This document shows positions 15,888 to 16,093 of a stretch of 16,093 bases of DNA, in pieces. Source of the DNA: Candidatus Muiribacteriota bacterium (lineage in GTDB: Bacteria; Muiribacteriota; Muiribacteriia; Muiribacteriales; Muiribacteriaceae); assembly GCA_051747805.1 (NCBI GenBank), contig JBNJGP010000060.1, positions 1 to 16,093 on the forward strand. The letters run 5' to 3'. The position numbers and the translations under genes were made by a program. The notes below the pieces were generated by a model. That model had not been told where the DNA came from. It saw nothing but the letters and a program-made list of their open reading frames with translations, and made no database searches. How positions within the stretch are numbered: position 1 is the stretch's first letter; each line of letters starts with the position of its first letter.

Positions 15888-15916
15888 GAATTTGATTTAA
15901 GCACGCACTTTTCATC

Positions 15917-16004
15917 TCGGCTTCTATCGGCTTTTGTCTGCTCTTATCGGCTCCTAACTTCTCACCTCTCACCTCTTACTTCTCACGGCTTCTATCGGCT
16001 TAAA
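15917..16004. repeat. Pyrimidine-rich tandem repeats: 4 x 10-mer, 4 x 7-mer, 2 x 10-mer
   Basis: TCGGCTTCTA TCGGCTTTTG TCTGCTCTTA TCGGCTCCTA | ACTTCTC ACCTCTC ACCTCTT ACTTCTC | ACGGCTTCTA TCGGCTTAAA. Confidence 0.85.
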
Positions 16005-16017
16005 ATTATATTACTTC

Positions 16018-16050
16018 AAAAATCACAAAAAACCGCTTATAAGAGCAGTT
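16018..16050 (-). terminator. Probable intrinsic terminator for a convergent minus-strand transcript
   Basis: Minus strand reads AACUGCU-CUUAUA-AGCGGUU (7 bp including one G-U, which is a C-A mismatch on +), followed by UUUUGUGAUUUUU. Confidence 0.55.
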
Positions 16051-16055
16051 ATTGT

Positions 16056-16093
16056 CCCACACTTACTTTAAAGAATTATATAAAAACGAACTT
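16056..16093. repeat. Third copy (C) of the CCCACACTTACTTTAA repeat and start of a probable fourth, inverted copy at the window edge
   Basis: 16056-16071 is identical to 15641-15656. 16078-16093 (ATATAAAAACGAACTT) is the reverse complement of 15655-15670 at 15 of 16 positions. Confidence 0.85.

Noticed and set aside
16048..16061. Tn7-like end (minus strand TGTGGGACAATAAC)
   Set aside because: The conserved repeat extends 10 bp outside the TGT in all copies, which a true transposon end would not show. No tns genes or 5-bp duplication are evident.
15565..16093. tRNA, tmRNA, RNase P, SRP or riboswitch in the right-hand non-coding region
   Set aside because: No cloverleaf, T-loop or other hallmark motif was recognised by eye on either strand. 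An Rfam search is needed to exclude them formally.

Overview
AT-rich bacterial chromosomal window with every supported gene on the + strand. It opens with a pyruvoyl-dependent arginine decarboxylase (168-728). A tightly coupled run follows: a giant 3002-aa TPR protein with an N-terminal 4-Cys motif, rimO, pgsA, pgpA, a 94-aa membrane-anchored hypothetical protein, rsmE, mtaB and a sugar-phosphate nucleotidyltransferase (954-15564). The genes are mostly housekeeping, and the unexplained signal is in the non-coding ends. At 7-100 a constant TTTACT linker alternates with sequence-unrelated perfect hairpins. At 15631-15916 a constant (TA)GTGAC(C) linker alternates with hairpins of very different sizes. 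The right end also holds three copies of a 16-19 bp repeat (CCCACACTTACTTTAA) in alternating orientation, with a fourth predicted just beyond the window, plus a REP-like GC hairpin, interleaved 10-mer/7-mer tandem repeats and a minus-strand terminator. No transposase, integrase or cas gene is visible, so the function of these arrays is unknown. All family assignments come from motifs read by eye; no database search was run.
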